DNA from: a virus
Taxonomy: Duplodnaviria > Heunggongvirae > Uroviricota > Caudoviricetes
IMG/VR virus record: IMGVR_UViG_3300032167_002310
DNA length: 64,000 nucleotides
Reading direction: 5' to 3' (one strand)
The notes under the pieces are model-generated. The model did not search any database and was not told the DNA's origin. It saw nothing but the letters and a program-made list of their open reading frames with translations. Shown one piece after another: positions 45,546-57,900 of the stretch (positions are counted from its first letter, which is position 1; each line of letters starts with the position of its first letter). Both the position numbers and the translations under genes were made by a program.

Positions 45546-45566
45546 TTGTAGATAGGAGGATTTAGT

Positions 45567-46163
45567 ATGGCTGAAACAAATCAGACACAATTCTCAGCTA
45601 TCTATAATCGCTTTCTTGGAAAAATTACTGATGATATGTACATGGAACTGACACCAGAAGACACCTTGAAAGATTTGCAAAGTCTTTTGTTAGATGCGAT
45701 TCCTGGCTTTGAGTTTCCACGAGTTGTGCTTGATGGAAACTACACTATCGAAACCGTTGTCCTCCCTGAGAACGAAGTATTGCCAGGTGATTTCATTATT
45801 GGTGTTATTTGGAATGAACTTCCAGAAGATGCTGGTATTCAGACTCCAGATGTAATTGTTGAAAAATCCCATTTCAACACTGAATTAACTTCCGAAGAAA
45901 TCAACATTCTTGCGCTCTTGATGAAACAAGGTTGGGTTCAACGTCAAGTAGCATCCATTGAGAACACTCGTATGAAATACAGTGGCTCAGACTTTAAGTT
46001 TACTTCACAGGCTAATCATTTGGCGAAGTTGTTAAACTTATTGGAAGAAGCTCGTAGAGATTCTTTCCATATGCAACGCTTATATAAGCGTAGAAAGGTC
46101 GACGCAGATGGTCGAATTAGTTCGAACTGGTCTGTGTTAATGGAAACAAGTGCTCTTAAATAA
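45567..46163 (+). CDS. putative head-tail adaptor
   Basis: Position in neck cluster. Confidence 0.55.
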   Translation: MAETNQTQFSAIYNRFLGKITDDMYMELTPEDTLKDLQSLLLDAIPGFEFPRVVLDGNYTIETVVLPENEVLPGDFIIGVIWNELPEDAGIQTPDVIVEKSHFNTELTSEEINILALLMKQGWVQRQVASIENTRMKYSGSDFKFTSQANHLAKLLNLLEEARRDSFHMQRLYKRRKVDADGRISSNWSVLMETSALK

Positions 46164-46455
46164 ATATAATATTGATTTCAGTCAGGAAGATTTAGTTAAA
46201 AATGTTCAACGTTTAACCAACCAATTATGGAAATTAATTCCGATGCGTGAACATGAAGAGGATTGGCAAAAACAATTGGATACTGTAATATTAGAAGTAG
46301 TAGGACTTAATGAGATTTTCATTGGTCCTATTTTTCTACAAATGCTTAGTAAATTAGAAGGATTGCGTGTACAAGAAACCACTTTTGAACTATACCGCAA
46401 AACTATTTTTGAATGCATTAGTATTTTGCAGGAGTTAAGCCATGTCAAGTTATGA
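46150..46455 (+). CDS. hypothetical protein
   Basis: 101 aa overlapping its neighbours. Confidence 0.65.
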   Translation: MLLNKYNIDFSQEDLVKNVQRLTNQLWKLIPMREHEEDWQKQLDTVILEVVGLNEIFIGPIFLQMLSKLEGLRVQETTFELYRKTIFECISILQELSHVKL

Positions 46456-47575
46456 CGATAAGAAACGCAATACTTCTTTAAATTTGATGGCTGGCCGCCT
46501 TGGCGTTTTTAACCTGGGTGACAAAAAACCAATTCCCGTTGAGGGAGACGGTAAGGCTGAGGAAACTTCTCTTGAAGGCTTCCAACATCAATCTACACTA
46601 TTGAGATACAATGGTGGTCATGCGCAACATGACAGAATGGTCTTTGATAAAAGACGTTCTTTAGATAGAGCATTACTGTATTCATATCAAGCCGCAACAG
46701 TTAAAAAAGTTAGTGGAAAAGAAAGCGAAGATGGATTCGTAGAGAATTCAGCAAGCAAAAGAAAAGTTCGAGCTTTGATTAACCCAAATAAATTAAAGCA
46801 AGACTATGATGATAAAATTATTTCCATTCCATACGAAGAGGGCTTCGGATGTGGAGACGTTTTTGAGTGGGAAGGAACACAAACACATTGGTTAATTTAT
46901 CTACAAGACCTTACTGAACTTGCCTATTTCAGAGGGGATATTAGAAAATGTACGTTGAGTATTCAATGGTTAGACGATGGCGTTGTTCACAACACCTTTG
47001 CCGCAATCCGAGGTCCAGTAGAAACAAAAGTTAACTATATTCAGAAACATGGTATTAGTGTAGACGAACCTAACCACAGTCTGAATATTTTAATGCCTAA
47101 GACACCAGAATCTTTGAAATATTTTCAGAGATATTCTAAATTCTATTTATCAAGAAGTATGGAAGAAGAGCCTAATATTTGTTGGCGAGTTGAAGCCACA
47201 GACTGGATTTCTACTCCTGGTATTTTAGAAATTACAGCTGTTGAGTATTATGCCAACGATGATGAAGATGACTTAGAGAAAGGAATTGCGGGCGGCCTCG
47301 TTGTTGTACCGGAGAGTCCAAACCCTGAGCACATTGACACATTGATTAAAGGTGACGTATTTATTAAGCCAAGAATTGCTTATGAGTATAGATGGATTGG
47401 TCCTAATAATGGCAACCTTTGGAAAGTTGATTCTAAATATCCTGTAACCATTGAGGTTGATAGAAATAGCACAGGTGTTTGTCTTGTTAAGTGGAATAGC
47501 TCTTATAGTGGTGAATTTGAGCTGTCTTATGGTAATTATTATACAAAGAAGATTGTTGTTCAGTCTTTGTTTTAA
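46442..47575 (+). CDS. putative head closure / neck protein
   Basis: Position; beta-rich GDVFEW...WLI pattern. Confidence 0.55.
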   Translation: MSSYDDKKRNTSLNLMAGRLGVFNLGDKKPIPVEGDGKAEETSLEGFQHQSTLLRYNGGHAQHDRMVFDKRRSLDRALLYSYQAATVKKVSGKESEDGFVENSASKRKVRALINPNKLKQDYDDKIISIPYEEGFGCGDVFEWEGTQTHWLIYLQDLTELAYFRGDIRKCTLSIQWLDDGVVHNTFAAIRGPVETKVNYIQKHGISVDEPNHSLNILMPKTPESLKYFQRYSKFYLSRSMEEEPNICWRVEATDWISTPGILEITAVEYYANDDEDDLEKGIAGGLVVVPESPNPEHIDTLIKGDVFIKPRIAYEYRWIGPNNGNLWKVDSKYPVTIEVDRNSTGVCLVKWNSSYSGEFELSYGNYYTKKIVVQSLF

Positions 47576-47602
47576 ATAGAGAGTTAAAGGAGTTTAAGAG
47601 AT

Positions 47603-48202
47603 ATGAAAGTTGAAAGATATAAAGCCCCAAAATCAAGTTTCTTATCTGTTGAAAAAGACCTTAGCATTATCGTAAAAGAAATGTTTAAGTCCCCTCGCCT
47701 TCAGAAGCTTCTGCATTATGAAGTTTCAGATGCTTTAAAAAGAGATAATTTAAGCGAGGAAGATAAGTTAGCTTTATTTGGTAAGAACATTAAAATCGTT
47801 CCGAAATTAAGTGTTGATGGAAAATGTCTTAATTATGTAATTATTAGTTTTGATAATTTTACACCAAATGACTCTAATCCGGAATTCAGAGATAATATTA
47901 TTGAATTTGATGTTATTTGTCACTTTGACCAGTGGCCAATGCGTGATTTCCAGTTGCGTCCATATCGTATTGCAGCTGAATTAGATTCTTTGTTTGATGG
48001 AACTCATCTTACTGGAATCGGCACTTTGCAGTTTGTAGGAGCTAATCAAATTATTCTAACAGATGAATTTGCTGGTTTATGTTTAATGTATCAGGCAGTT
48101 CATGGTGAAGAGGATAAGAATAGTTATACTCCAGTAGAAGAGGACCAAATCCACTTTAAACAACTGTTAGAAGAAATTGCGGCCGAGGCTATTGAGGAGT
48201 AA
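47603..48202 (+). CDS. putative tail terminator / completion protein
   Basis: Position; FDVICH...RPYRIAAELDSLF. Confidence 0.55.
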   Translation: MKVERYKAPKSSFLSVEKDLSIIVKEMFKSPRLQKLLHYEVSDALKRDNLSEEDKLALFGKNIKIVPKLSVDGKCLNYVIISFDNFTPNDSNPEFRDNIIEFDVICHFDQWPMRDFQLRPYRIAAELDSLFDGTHLTGIGTLQFVGANQIILTDEFAGLCLMYQAVHGEEDKNSYTPVEEDQIHFKQLLEEIAAEAIEE

Positions 48203-48927
48203 TGGATGTAAGACTTGCTTTAATGGCGGGTTCTGATATTCCTATTCCAGAGTGTCAACTTACTCTTCACCAACCCTCCATTAAAGAGATTTCCTTCTTG
48301 GGGGAAGATGATTTTTTCATTGGGGTCCAATGCTTATGCTTACATAAGAGTATGTTCGTAGAGGACAAAGATGCTCTATCTGATATAAATAATTTTCAAA
48401 TATTTATGACGATGATGATGGATAAAAGTACGGCAGATAAAAAAGTCTGCGTTCAACAGTTGTTAACTTTACTTTTTCCTAAATATAAAGTTCTAATGAC
48501 TCCACGTTCCATACTTTTTCAAAGCGAAGGCGGCTCTCAAATGGTAGACGATTCCAATTTTGAAGCACTTCAAAATGTTTTGAGAATGGTCTTTTGCGCC
48601 AACACTGGCCCTATGGACCAGCAAGCATTCAATCCGGCAAATGATAAGGCTCGAGAGATAGCGCAAAAGCTTATGAGAGGTCGTCAAAGGGTTGCCGCAC
48701 AAAAAGATGGTGGCAATCAAAGCTCGTTTAGTAGATATCTTTCAGTTTTGACTATTGGTTTAAACTCCATGTCATTGCAAGATTTAACGAATTGTACAAT
48801 GTTCCAGTTGTATGATTTATTAGAAAGATATATGCTATATATCAATTGGGATATCAACATCCGCACTCGTCTTGCGGGTGGTAAGCCAGATTCCCAACCT
48901 GAAGATTGGATGAAAAATATCCATTAA
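48202..48927 (+). CDS. hypothetical tail-module protein
   Basis: 241 aa, coupled to the upstream gene. Confidence 0.6.
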   Translation: MDVRLALMAGSDIPIPECQLTLHQPSIKEISFLGEDDFFIGVQCLCLHKSMFVEDKDALSDINNFQIFMTMMMDKSTADKKVCVQQLLTLLFPKYKVLMTPRSILFQSEGGSQMVDDSNFEALQNVLRMVFCANTGPMDQQAFNPANDKAREIAQKLMRGRQRVAAQKDGGNQSSFSRYLSVLTIGLNSMSLQDLTNCTMFQLYDLLERYMLYINWDINIRTRLAGGKPDSQPEDWMKNIH

Positions 48928-48950
48928 ATAAATAAGGAGGAATATGCACT

Positions 48951-49910
48951 ATGAAATTTGGTGTTCGTGAGATTTGCGACGTTGTTTTAAAGGCTAAAGC
49001 AGCGCAGAAGATTGGTAATAAAATGTTCTATGCTAACGAACCTGTAATTTATTTCGATACCCTTAAGACTTCAAGCATGGAAGGTGCAGCAACAACTGTT
49101 TATGCACAGGGTGGTCGTGGTAACTCCCGTTTGGTAGCATGGGAAGGTGAAAGAACTGTTACTTTCACTATGGAAGACGCTTTAATTTCTCCAGAAGGCT
49201 TTATGATTCTTTCTGGTGCCGGATTGGTTGAAGCTTCTACTGATAAGCCTATTTATCAGCATATGACTGAGACTATCGATGCTAAGGATGTTACTTTGGC
49301 AGAAGATGGTGGCAATATTGTTGTTAAGTTGTCTGAGATTCCTTACTTACCAGCAGACAATGCTGATAACTTTGCATATGTAATGTTCATGAAAGATGGC
49401 GAAATCATCTCTGAGCCTTACATTCCTGTTCATGATGGCAATACCAACAATGTTAAGCAGTTGACTGTTCAGACTGTGGATGACCTTCACGGCGAGGCTG
49501 GTGACCATGCTTATACTTTAGGTACTGTTCCTAACAAGAACCAGTTCGATAGCGTATTGGTTGACTACTATGTAGCTCGTACCGGTGGCGCACAGCAGAT
49601 TGAAATTACAGCTGATAAGTTCGGTGGTAACTACTACCTCGAAGCTGCTACATTGTTCCGTGACCAGAGCGGTGTTGACATGCCTGCAGAATTTATCATT
49701 CCTAACTGCAAGATTCAGTCTAACTTCACATTCACTATGGCTTCAAGCGGAGACCCAAGTACATTTACTTTCACTATGGATGCGTTCCCTGATTATACCA
49801 GATTCGACCGTTCCAAGAAAGTTCTTGCTGCTATCCAGGTAATCCGTGACCTCGGAGAGGTTTCTGATGACCATCGTCTTGAGACTCAGTTTGCCGCTAT
49901 TAACGGCTAA
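48951..49910 (+). CDS. major tail (tube) protein
   Basis: 319 aa; position; followed by a terminator; FTFTMASSGDPSTFTFTMDA. Confidence 0.8.
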   Translation: MKFGVREICDVVLKAKAAQKIGNKMFYANEPVIYFDTLKTSSMEGAATTVYAQGGRGNSRLVAWEGERTVTFTMEDALISPEGFMILSGAGLVEASTDKPIYQHMTETIDAKDVTLAEDGGNIVVKLSEIPYLPADNADNFAYVMFMKDGEIISEPYIPVHDGNTNNVKQLTVQTVDDLHGEAGDHAYTLGTVPNKNQFDSVLVDYYVARTGGAQQIEITADKFGGNYYLEAATLFRDQSGVDMPAEFIIPNCKIQSNFTFTMASSGDPSTFTFTMDAFPDYTRFDRSKKVLAAIQVIRDLGEVSDDHRLETQFAAING

Positions 49911-49929
49911 TTGATACATAAGAATTTTT

Positions 49930-49959
49930 AGGGAGAGGTAGAAATACCTCTCCCTTTTT
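49930..49959 (+). terminator. intrinsic terminator
   Basis: AGGGAGAGGTA-GAAA-TACCTCTCCCT plus T-tract. Confidence 0.85.
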
Positions 49960-49985
49960 GTTATTTGTGAAAAAGGAGGAGTGTA

Positions 49986-51266
49986 ATGTCTTTATTTAGA
50001 AATATTATGTATGCAAATGCTCCAATCTTAAAAAAACAGACTGAATTTTTTGGAGAATATTCCTATTTAAATCGTTTTAGTGATATCCCAGATGCAAATG
50101 CAATACATGATTATCAATTAAAGAAGTTGATGGATTTCCAAGCTTCTGCTATTAAAGAAGAAAGTAAAACCAGACAATTAAATTGGTTTTTAATGTATAA
50201 TGGAAATCTTAGTACCAGTTCGGAACCTTATGACCAAATTGTTTATAATAGTGTTAACGAACTTTTTCAGCGAGTTAATATTTTAATTGGGTCTGGTGTA
50301 ATGAGTCAAGAATCTCGTGGTAATATTGCTCAAAATGAACAATTAGCAGCAAAAATTGTAACTCAACTTCAAGGACTTGGTAAAGAATTAAATAAATTGC
50401 GCAAACAAGCTAATATGACTATTAGTAGTACGTATATTGACCAATTAGATGCTCTTATCAAGCAATTGCCACAAGGAAATTTGGATACTGTATTAAGAAC
50501 TTTGTACCATCTTAAAGGCGATATTTTAGAAGAAGTTGGTGTAGAATGGTTAAATAAAAGAATGCCAACTAATATGAGAGTAAATACCAGAGCCTATTCT
50601 ACTGGCGCAATTAGAGGTCGTGGTGGCCAGATGATTCAAGATATTTTAGTTATGGACATGGATAAAGTGAATATTAAATCAGATGTGGAAATTGATTTTA
50701 CATTAGATGGGAAACCTTATTCCATGCCAATTAAAGATTTTCTCCACATGATTGAAAAATATAGCGGGCATAAACAAATATCTATTAGTAGTGAAGCAGA
50801 AGACATTTTAACAGAAGTTAGTGTCATGGGCATCCAGGCAAAGTCTGGTTATAATCAGCTCCCTTGGAATGTCAGCTCAAAGAACACTCATGTTTCTATC
50901 GGAGAAGCTCAAAGTGCAGGAGATTCCAGAGTAAGTCGATATATTGATTTTTTAAATGGTGTACAAGGACTTTATAGGTCCTGGGACGCTGCAGAAAAAA
51001 ATATTAAAAAACAAACCCAAGAGTACACTGCAATGGCAAATTATTGCTTGGCAACTCAATTAAGTAAAGTATTACATTTGTCTCAATTGGGGAATCAATA
51101 TGTTTTAACTCCAAATGGTTTTATGCCTTTTGTGACTCGTATTATTGAATTATATGAAAAAGCGGGAAGTGGCAAATATTTTTTCTCATTTAAAGGTAGA
51201 ATCCAAATGGAAAAACAGGGCGATATTGTTACAAAGTCGCGCCCAGTTACGATATCAGGATATTAA
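49986..51266 (+). CDS. hypothetical protein with possible restriction-endonuclease-like (E...D...QxK) domain
   Basis: 426 aa, AT-rich; KGDILEE...QDILVMD...GIQAKS. Confidence 0.5.
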   Translation: MSLFRNIMYANAPILKKQTEFFGEYSYLNRFSDIPDANAIHDYQLKKLMDFQASAIKEESKTRQLNWFLMYNGNLSTSSEPYDQIVYNSVNELFQRVNILIGSGVMSQESRGNIAQNEQLAAKIVTQLQGLGKELNKLRKQANMTISSTYIDQLDALIKQLPQGNLDTVLRTLYHLKGDILEEVGVEWLNKRMPTNMRVNTRAYSTGAIRGRGGQMIQDILVMDMDKVNIKSDVEIDFTLDGKPYSMPIKDFLHMIEKYSGHKQISISSEAEDILTEVSVMGIQAKSGYNQLPWNVSSKNTHVSIGEAQSAGDSRVSRYIDFLNGVQGLYRSWDAAEKNIKKQTQEYTAMANYCLATQLSKVLHLSQLGNQYVLTPNGFMPFVTRIIELYEKAGSGKYFFSFKGRIQMEKQGDIVTKSRPVTISGY

Positions 51267-51328
51267 ACTTGACAAAAGAAAAATTTTCTGGTATAATATT
51301 TATAAAGAGAGTTAAGGGAGGCTATATT

Positions 51329-51853
51329 ATGGCGAAAGTTAGTTTTAATAAAATGGCTTTAAAAGTAAATACTGAAACTTGCAATTTTGCTTTTAAAGAT
51401 ATGGAAATTGAAGTTAAACAGTATCTTCCAGTTAATGAAAAATTAGAGTTAATTAGTTCTGTTATTAATAATAGTACTGATGATATGAATTTTTATAATG
51501 TTGGCAAGCTTGAAATTTTCTTAACTTTGGAGATAATGTATCATTATACAAATATTAATTTTACAGACACTCAAAAGAAAGACGTTTGTAAATTATACGA
51601 TACAATCGTATCTTCTGGTTTATATCAAGAAGTGATTGAAAGACTTCCTAAAGGAGAATATGATTATTTAAAGAATACTTTGATGGATACTGTGCAAAGT
51701 ATTTATACATATCATAATTCTATTATGGGTATCTTGGAAAGAGTTTCTGCAGATTATTCTAATTTGAGTTTGGAAGCTTCTGAAATTCAAAAGAATTTAG
51801 CAGACCCTGATAATATGACCTTATTAAAGGATGTTTTAACCAAATTAGGCTAA
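51329..51853 (+). CDS. putative tail assembly chaperone
   Basis: ATG after GGGAGG; promoter TTGACA 51269-N16-TATAAT; immediately before the TMP. Confidence 0.6.
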   Translation: MAKVSFNKMALKVNTETCNFAFKDMEIEVKQYLPVNEKLELISSVINNSTDDMNFYNVGKLEIFLTLEIMYHYTNINFTDTQKKDVCKLYDTIVSSGLYQEVIERLPKGEYDYLKNTLMDTVQSIYTYHNSIMGILERVSADYSNLSLEASEIQKNLADPDNMTLLKDVLTKLG

Positions 51854-51888
51854 TCCTATTATTATGAGTTTTAAAGATAAATAGGAGT

Positions 51889-51937
51889 AATGGTGGTGGA
51901 GTATATTTCCTAATACTCCACCACCATTTTTTTTATT
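51889..51937 (+). terminator. intrinsic terminator
   Basis: AATGGTGGTGGAGTA/TACTCCACCACCATT stem plus T-tract. Confidence 0.85.
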
Positions 51938-51979
51938 TGCAAATAAAAAAAATAAGGAGAGAAAGGAGCAAATAAAGAC

Positions 51980-54900
51980 ATGGCTAAACAATTAAATGTA
52001 AGTCTTGCGTTTACTGCTGATACTGGTAAAGCAAAGGCGCAATTACAAGATTTACAAAATCAGCTTGATAAGTTGATTAGTGGTGGCGGTTTAGGTGGAA
52101 AAAGAACTGATTTTATTTTAACCAGAGAGCTTCAACAAGCTACAACTGCCGCAGCAACTTTAAAGACTAATTTACAGGCGGCTATAGATGTAAATACTGG
52201 TAAGTTAGATTTATCTAAATTCCAAGCTCAAATGAATAAGAGTAAAATGTCTTTAGAGGAATATAGAAATCAGCTGGTAGCTCTTGGTCCTGATGGAGCA
52301 AAAGCATTTGCTTCTTTGGCTGATTCCATATACAATGCGGACGTTGTTTTAAAGCGTTCCAACAGGTTGTTAACAGAAATGAAAACAACCTTGATGAATA
52401 CTGCTCGTTGGCAATTATCATCCAGCATGTTGCATGGTTTTATGGGAGCGGTTCAAGGTGCTTTTGGTTATGCAAAAGATTTAAATGAGTCATTAAATAA
52501 TATCCGTATTGTTACGGGTCAAAATATTGACCAAATGGCAAAATTTGCAGAAGAAGCAAATAAAGCAGCTAAGGCTTTAAGTACTACAACCACTAATTAT
52601 ACTAATGCTTCTTTAATTTACTATCAACAGGGTTTGGATGGTCAAGCAGTAAAAGACCGTGCTGATATTACAATTAAACTTGCAAATGTTGCTAAAATTA
52701 GTGCAGAGACAGCTTCCGACCAATTAACAGCTATTTGGAATAACTTTGCTAAAGGGTCTGAAAATCTTGAACATTTTGCTGATGTTCTTGTAAAATTAGG
52801 TGCAGAAACTGCATCAAGTTCAGATGAAATTTCTGCAGGTTTAGAGAAATTTGCTGCTATTGGAGATACTGTTGGATTAAGTTTTAATAATGCAGCAGCT
52901 GCACTGGCCACTGTTACAGCAACAACTCGTCAAAGTGCAGATGTTGTTGGTACTGCATTTAAAACCATTTTTGCACGTATCCAAGGCTTAAATCTTGGAG
53001 AAACTTTAGAGGATGGCACAACTTTAAATAAATATTCTGAAGCTTTAAGTAGAGTTGGCATTAATATTAAAGACCAAAGTGGCGAATTAAAAACTATGGA
53101 TGCTCTGTTAGAGGAAATGGGTACTAAATGGCAGACATTAAATAGAGACCAACAGACTGCTTTGGCGCAAACAGTTGCTGGTGTCCGTCAATATACTCAA
53201 TTGATGGCATTAATGAATAACTGGGATTTTTATAAACAAAATTTAAATACTGCGGCTAATGCAGATGGCGCTCTTGATGAACAGCAGAAGATTTATGAAG
53301 AATCTTGGGAAGCCGCTCATAAAAGAGTCCAAGCAGCAGCTCAAACTATTTATTCAGAGTTAATTGATGATGAATTTTTTATTACTCTTTTAGATGGTTT
53401 TAAAGAAATTCTTGAATATGTAGACCATTTTATTGATGCTCTTGGTGGATTAAAGGGTGTTTTATCAGTAGTTGGTACTTTATTGATTAAATCTTTTAGT
53501 AATGAAATTGCTTCAAAGATTGATAATATTGGAATGGCTATTCGTCGTACTGCAGGTGGAGAGTCTGCGAGTGCAATTGCTATGAAGAAAAAGGCTGTTG
53601 GATTAACTGCCAATATGGGTTCTGATTCTGATACCAACGAAGGTATGGCCATGAATGAGGCTTATAATGCTCGCCAACAAGCTCAGACTTTAATGCTTAA
53701 TAATGCTAATCGTTTAAGCGAAGCTGAAAAAAGTACTTTACAAATCCTCATGGATGGTAATAAAGCACTTGGTGAACAAGTTATTCTTCAGGGAAAATTA
53801 GCTGATGAAGCTGCTCGAGAAGCAGATAATCAAGAGCGTTCTTTGAAATTAAAACATAAAACTTTAAATGGTAAAACCAATAGCAAAAAAGTAACCTCTT
53901 ATAAAGAGGGTATGCAAGATGTTGGTAAAGCTGAAAGTATTAGTGGGGCTATTTCAAACGCAACGAAATCTCTTTCTACAGGAAAAACAAAAGGCTCTGG
54001 ACTTGATGGATTGCTTGAAAATGCAAAAAATTTACAAACTACATTAGGAACCATTTCAAGTAATCCTATTTTTAAGGGTAATAGTAATGTAGAAAAAACT
54101 TCTAAGTCTGTTGAAACTTTACATAGAAAACTTACTGAAATTGCAGGAAAAGATATTATAAGTCAGCAAGATGTAGATGATTTAACCAGAATGGCACAAC
54201 AAGCAGACCAAATGGTTGCCGATCTTTCTATGGATATGCAAGAAAATGGTGCTGAAGATATTATAAAATCAGCAGGTTTAAAAGCTGGCGGAAAACAATC
54301 TCAAGATTTACAAAATCTTGGAGAAACTGCTCGCGATGCAGGTTTGAAAGCAGGTCAAGCTTCTGTTGGTATGACTACCCTTGGTCAAAGTGTTAAGACT
54401 ATGGGCGATTATGTTGATGGAGCTCAGGGAAAAGTAATGACTTTAGGTCAAAAAATCACTGCAGCGGCGCAGACAGTTACTACCACCATTATGGTATTTA
54501 ATATGCTCAAAGGAGCTATTGATACTATTAAAGACCCAGAAATGACTGGATGGGAAAAATTCTTATCTATTATGGGAACTGTAGCAATGGCTATCCCAAT
54601 GGTTGTTTCTACTGTTACCGCTTTAGCTCCGGCGTTTATGGGAGCTGGTGCTGCTGGTATGACTGGTGGTACAATGATGGGTGCTGGCATGACTGCAGCA
54701 ATGGGTCCAATTGGTTGGATTATTGCCGCTGTTACTGCTTTGATTGCTTTGTTTGTTGGATTAGCAATTGCAGCAGAACAAAACAGTCCAGAAGCACAGT
54801 TAGCTAAAACTGCTAAGACAGCAGAAGAATTATCTGAGAATCTTGAAGAAGTTCGCAAAGAAGCCCAAGAAATTAAAGATACTTTTGATAAGTATGATAG

Positions 54901-57900
54901 TTTAATTGATAAATTAAACAATTGTGCGAAGGGTACTAAAGAGTGGTATGAAGCTCTTGAAGAAGTCAATAATTGTGCTTTAGATTTATTAGAAAAATAT
55001 CCAGATTTAGCAAAATATGAAGGTCTTTTCACAAGAAAAGACGGAATGTTAACAATTGACCCCAATGTAGTTGAAAATATAATTAAAGATTTAGACAATC
55101 AAGTAAATAGTGCGACCGCAGCGGCTTTGTTATCAAGCGCTGATGTAGCGCAGAAGAAAGCTGATAATTTAACAGCTGAAACTCGCTCAAGTATTGGCTC
55201 TTTCATTGGTACTGATTATACAATGGTTGGACAGGGTAGAGAAGCACATCGTCAATACGAAACTGTAAAAGCAGGGGAAATTTTAGTAGAACATGCTGAA
55301 GAATTAGCAAATTTAACTGAAAAAGAATACGAAACTAAAATTAAAGCTCTCGTAGATCAAGCAGCCAAAGATGTTTCAATGACTGAAGAGCAATATCAAA
55401 ATATGATTAAAGCTTTAATGGAAGACCAAGAAGCTATTAATCAACTTGTAAGAGCTACTCAGAATGCCGCAACTCAAATGGATAATGCCACTTTAGCTTT
55501 AGCAAATCAAACTTTAGCGAATAAAGGTTATGAAAATGCAGAAGTTATGATGGCATCTATGGGTCTTGAGTCTCAATATCAAACCATTTATGATGAAATT
55601 ATCACAAAAGGTAGAGCGGATTGGCAATCTGAGGGCACTACAACTAATTCTAAGGATATTTGGAAACGTTTTGAAGAAGCTACCGGAAAAGATTATCAAG
55701 AAATTGATAATACTGTACAAGGTAGCGCGGCTAATCGTGTATATGCTTATAAAGATGACGCTGGTAAAGAACAAACCTTTTCATTAGAATATATGGCAAA
55801 AACAATTGCTGCACATGAAGCTTTGCAAGACTTAGAAATGAGTGCAAAAGAAGCTGGTGAAGCGCTTGTAAATGTTGAGCAAGTTAATAGACAATATGCT
55901 GAAACCATGGAAGGCCTTGATGCTGATGCTATAACAGCTGGAGTAAAAGATTGGGTTACTACTGGTAGTTTTGGTGATATGACAGAGGCTGATTTCGCAG
56001 GTCTCCAAGATGTTGTCGAGGGTGCAGGCGGAGTTGATGCTTATTTACAGCAAGCTTTTGGTATGTCTGCAGATGAACTTGCAGTTGCTTTTGGTGATGA
56101 TTATGTAGATAGATTTACCAATAGCATGACAAATTATACTGATGATTTAAGTGAAGTTGGCAAAGATTTATTAGAGAAGGCTCAAGTTGAATTAACTGCA
56201 TTAGATACTTCTAAATTAACTCTTAATCAGAAAAATGCTGTAGGAGAAATGATTAATGCAGCTATTGTTAATACAGGAAGTGCTGACGCTTTTACTAATT
56301 TATTTAATCAAATTCCAGTAGAACAAACTGATGAATTTGCAGAAGTTTTAAGTAATGTTGATTGGCAAACCACCGATATTAATCAATTAAAAGATTCTTT
56401 ATATGAAGCAGGAATTAGTACAGTAGGTTTTGATGATGAATTACAAAATCTTATTGATACTATGGATAATTCTGGTATTCAAGCTGCAGCATCTCTTGGC
56501 GCGAGTTATAAAAATTTAACTGATATTACTGAAGGATTACAAACTGGAGATACAATTTCTGCTGAAGATTATGGTAAATTGGACGAAGGAATGCAACGTT
56601 ATTTTACCATGATGATGGATGGCACTTATGCGCTTACTGGTTCTGCTCAAGAATTCCAAGAATTAGTACATAAACAAGGAATTGCATCTTATCAAGAAAA
56701 TATTCAAAAACTTGGAGAACAAGCAGCAGGCTATAATAGAATTAAAGGTTATGATATTGATGCTTTAAAAGATGCTCAATATGAAAAAGGTGAAGGGTAT
56801 AGTAGTTCTGGAGTAAAACAGCAGTTAGATATTCTTGACGTATTGGGCTATGACCCAGAGCAGCTTGCAAAATGGCGCGAAGATGCATCAGATTTTAATA
56901 TGAGCCATGAAAATCTTGATGCAATTACTGCGGCTGTCCAAGGGTATAGTCATGAATTAGAAAATCTTGATGTACTTATTGAAGAAAATAAACAAGCGGT
57001 ATTTGGACAGGAAATGGCAATTGCTATGTCTTATCAGTCATTATCAGATTTGACTAAGGCATATGAAGAAGGCGTTGTTTCAGTCCAAGCTTATAATACT
57101 GCGGCGATTGCTCTTAATGAAAAAGAAGATTTAGAAGGTCTTGATACAGAAGAACTTGAAGAATACGCTGAGTATTTACAGGAAATTTGTGATGAATCTG
57201 AAGAATTAAGCAGTGAGTTAGATGATAATGATGAAGCAGCTCGAGATGTGGCAAAAACTATTCTGAAAATGAATAAAGGAATAGAGGCTCTTGCTGAAGG
57301 ATATGATGATTGGGCTGATGTTATTAAAAATAGCTCAAAAGAAAGTGAAGAATATTGTGATGCTGTAAATGGTATGCGCGATGCACTTTCTGACGTATTG
57401 GACGTAAGTGAAGATTATATTTCCAGTGATTTTATGGCAGGTCATTTGGAAGATATTAAACTTGCCGCAGAAGGTAATGCAGATGCTATTGATAGATTAA
57501 AAGCTGCTTTAGCAGACCAAATTATTCTTGATATTGTCGGCGTTGATAAATTTGCAGATTTACCAAGTGGATTGCAGACTGCAATTAATGAAATGCAATC
57601 AATTATCAGTTCTACTTCTTTAAAAGTTGGCGACACTTTAGATATGAGTGTTGATGATACTGGTTTCATTGAAGCTTGTAACGAAATTATTAAAAATGCA
57701 AATATGACCGCTGACCAAGCCAACGCTTATTTTGATGCTCTTGGCTTTGAAACTAATTTTGTAACTGAACCTCAATTACAGACTCAGCGAGTTCCAGAGT
57801 ATGTAACTGAAACAATTGATGAAGGTAGTACAACAGTTACTTTAGCTGATGGAACGGAAGTTCCAATGGTTAGAACTCGAACCAGAACTTATCAGGATGG

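Noticed and set aside
51329-51980. Programmed -1 frameshift tail chaperone extension
   Set aside because: The gene is followed by a strong terminator and a short intergenic gap; no second overlapping frame leads to the TMP.
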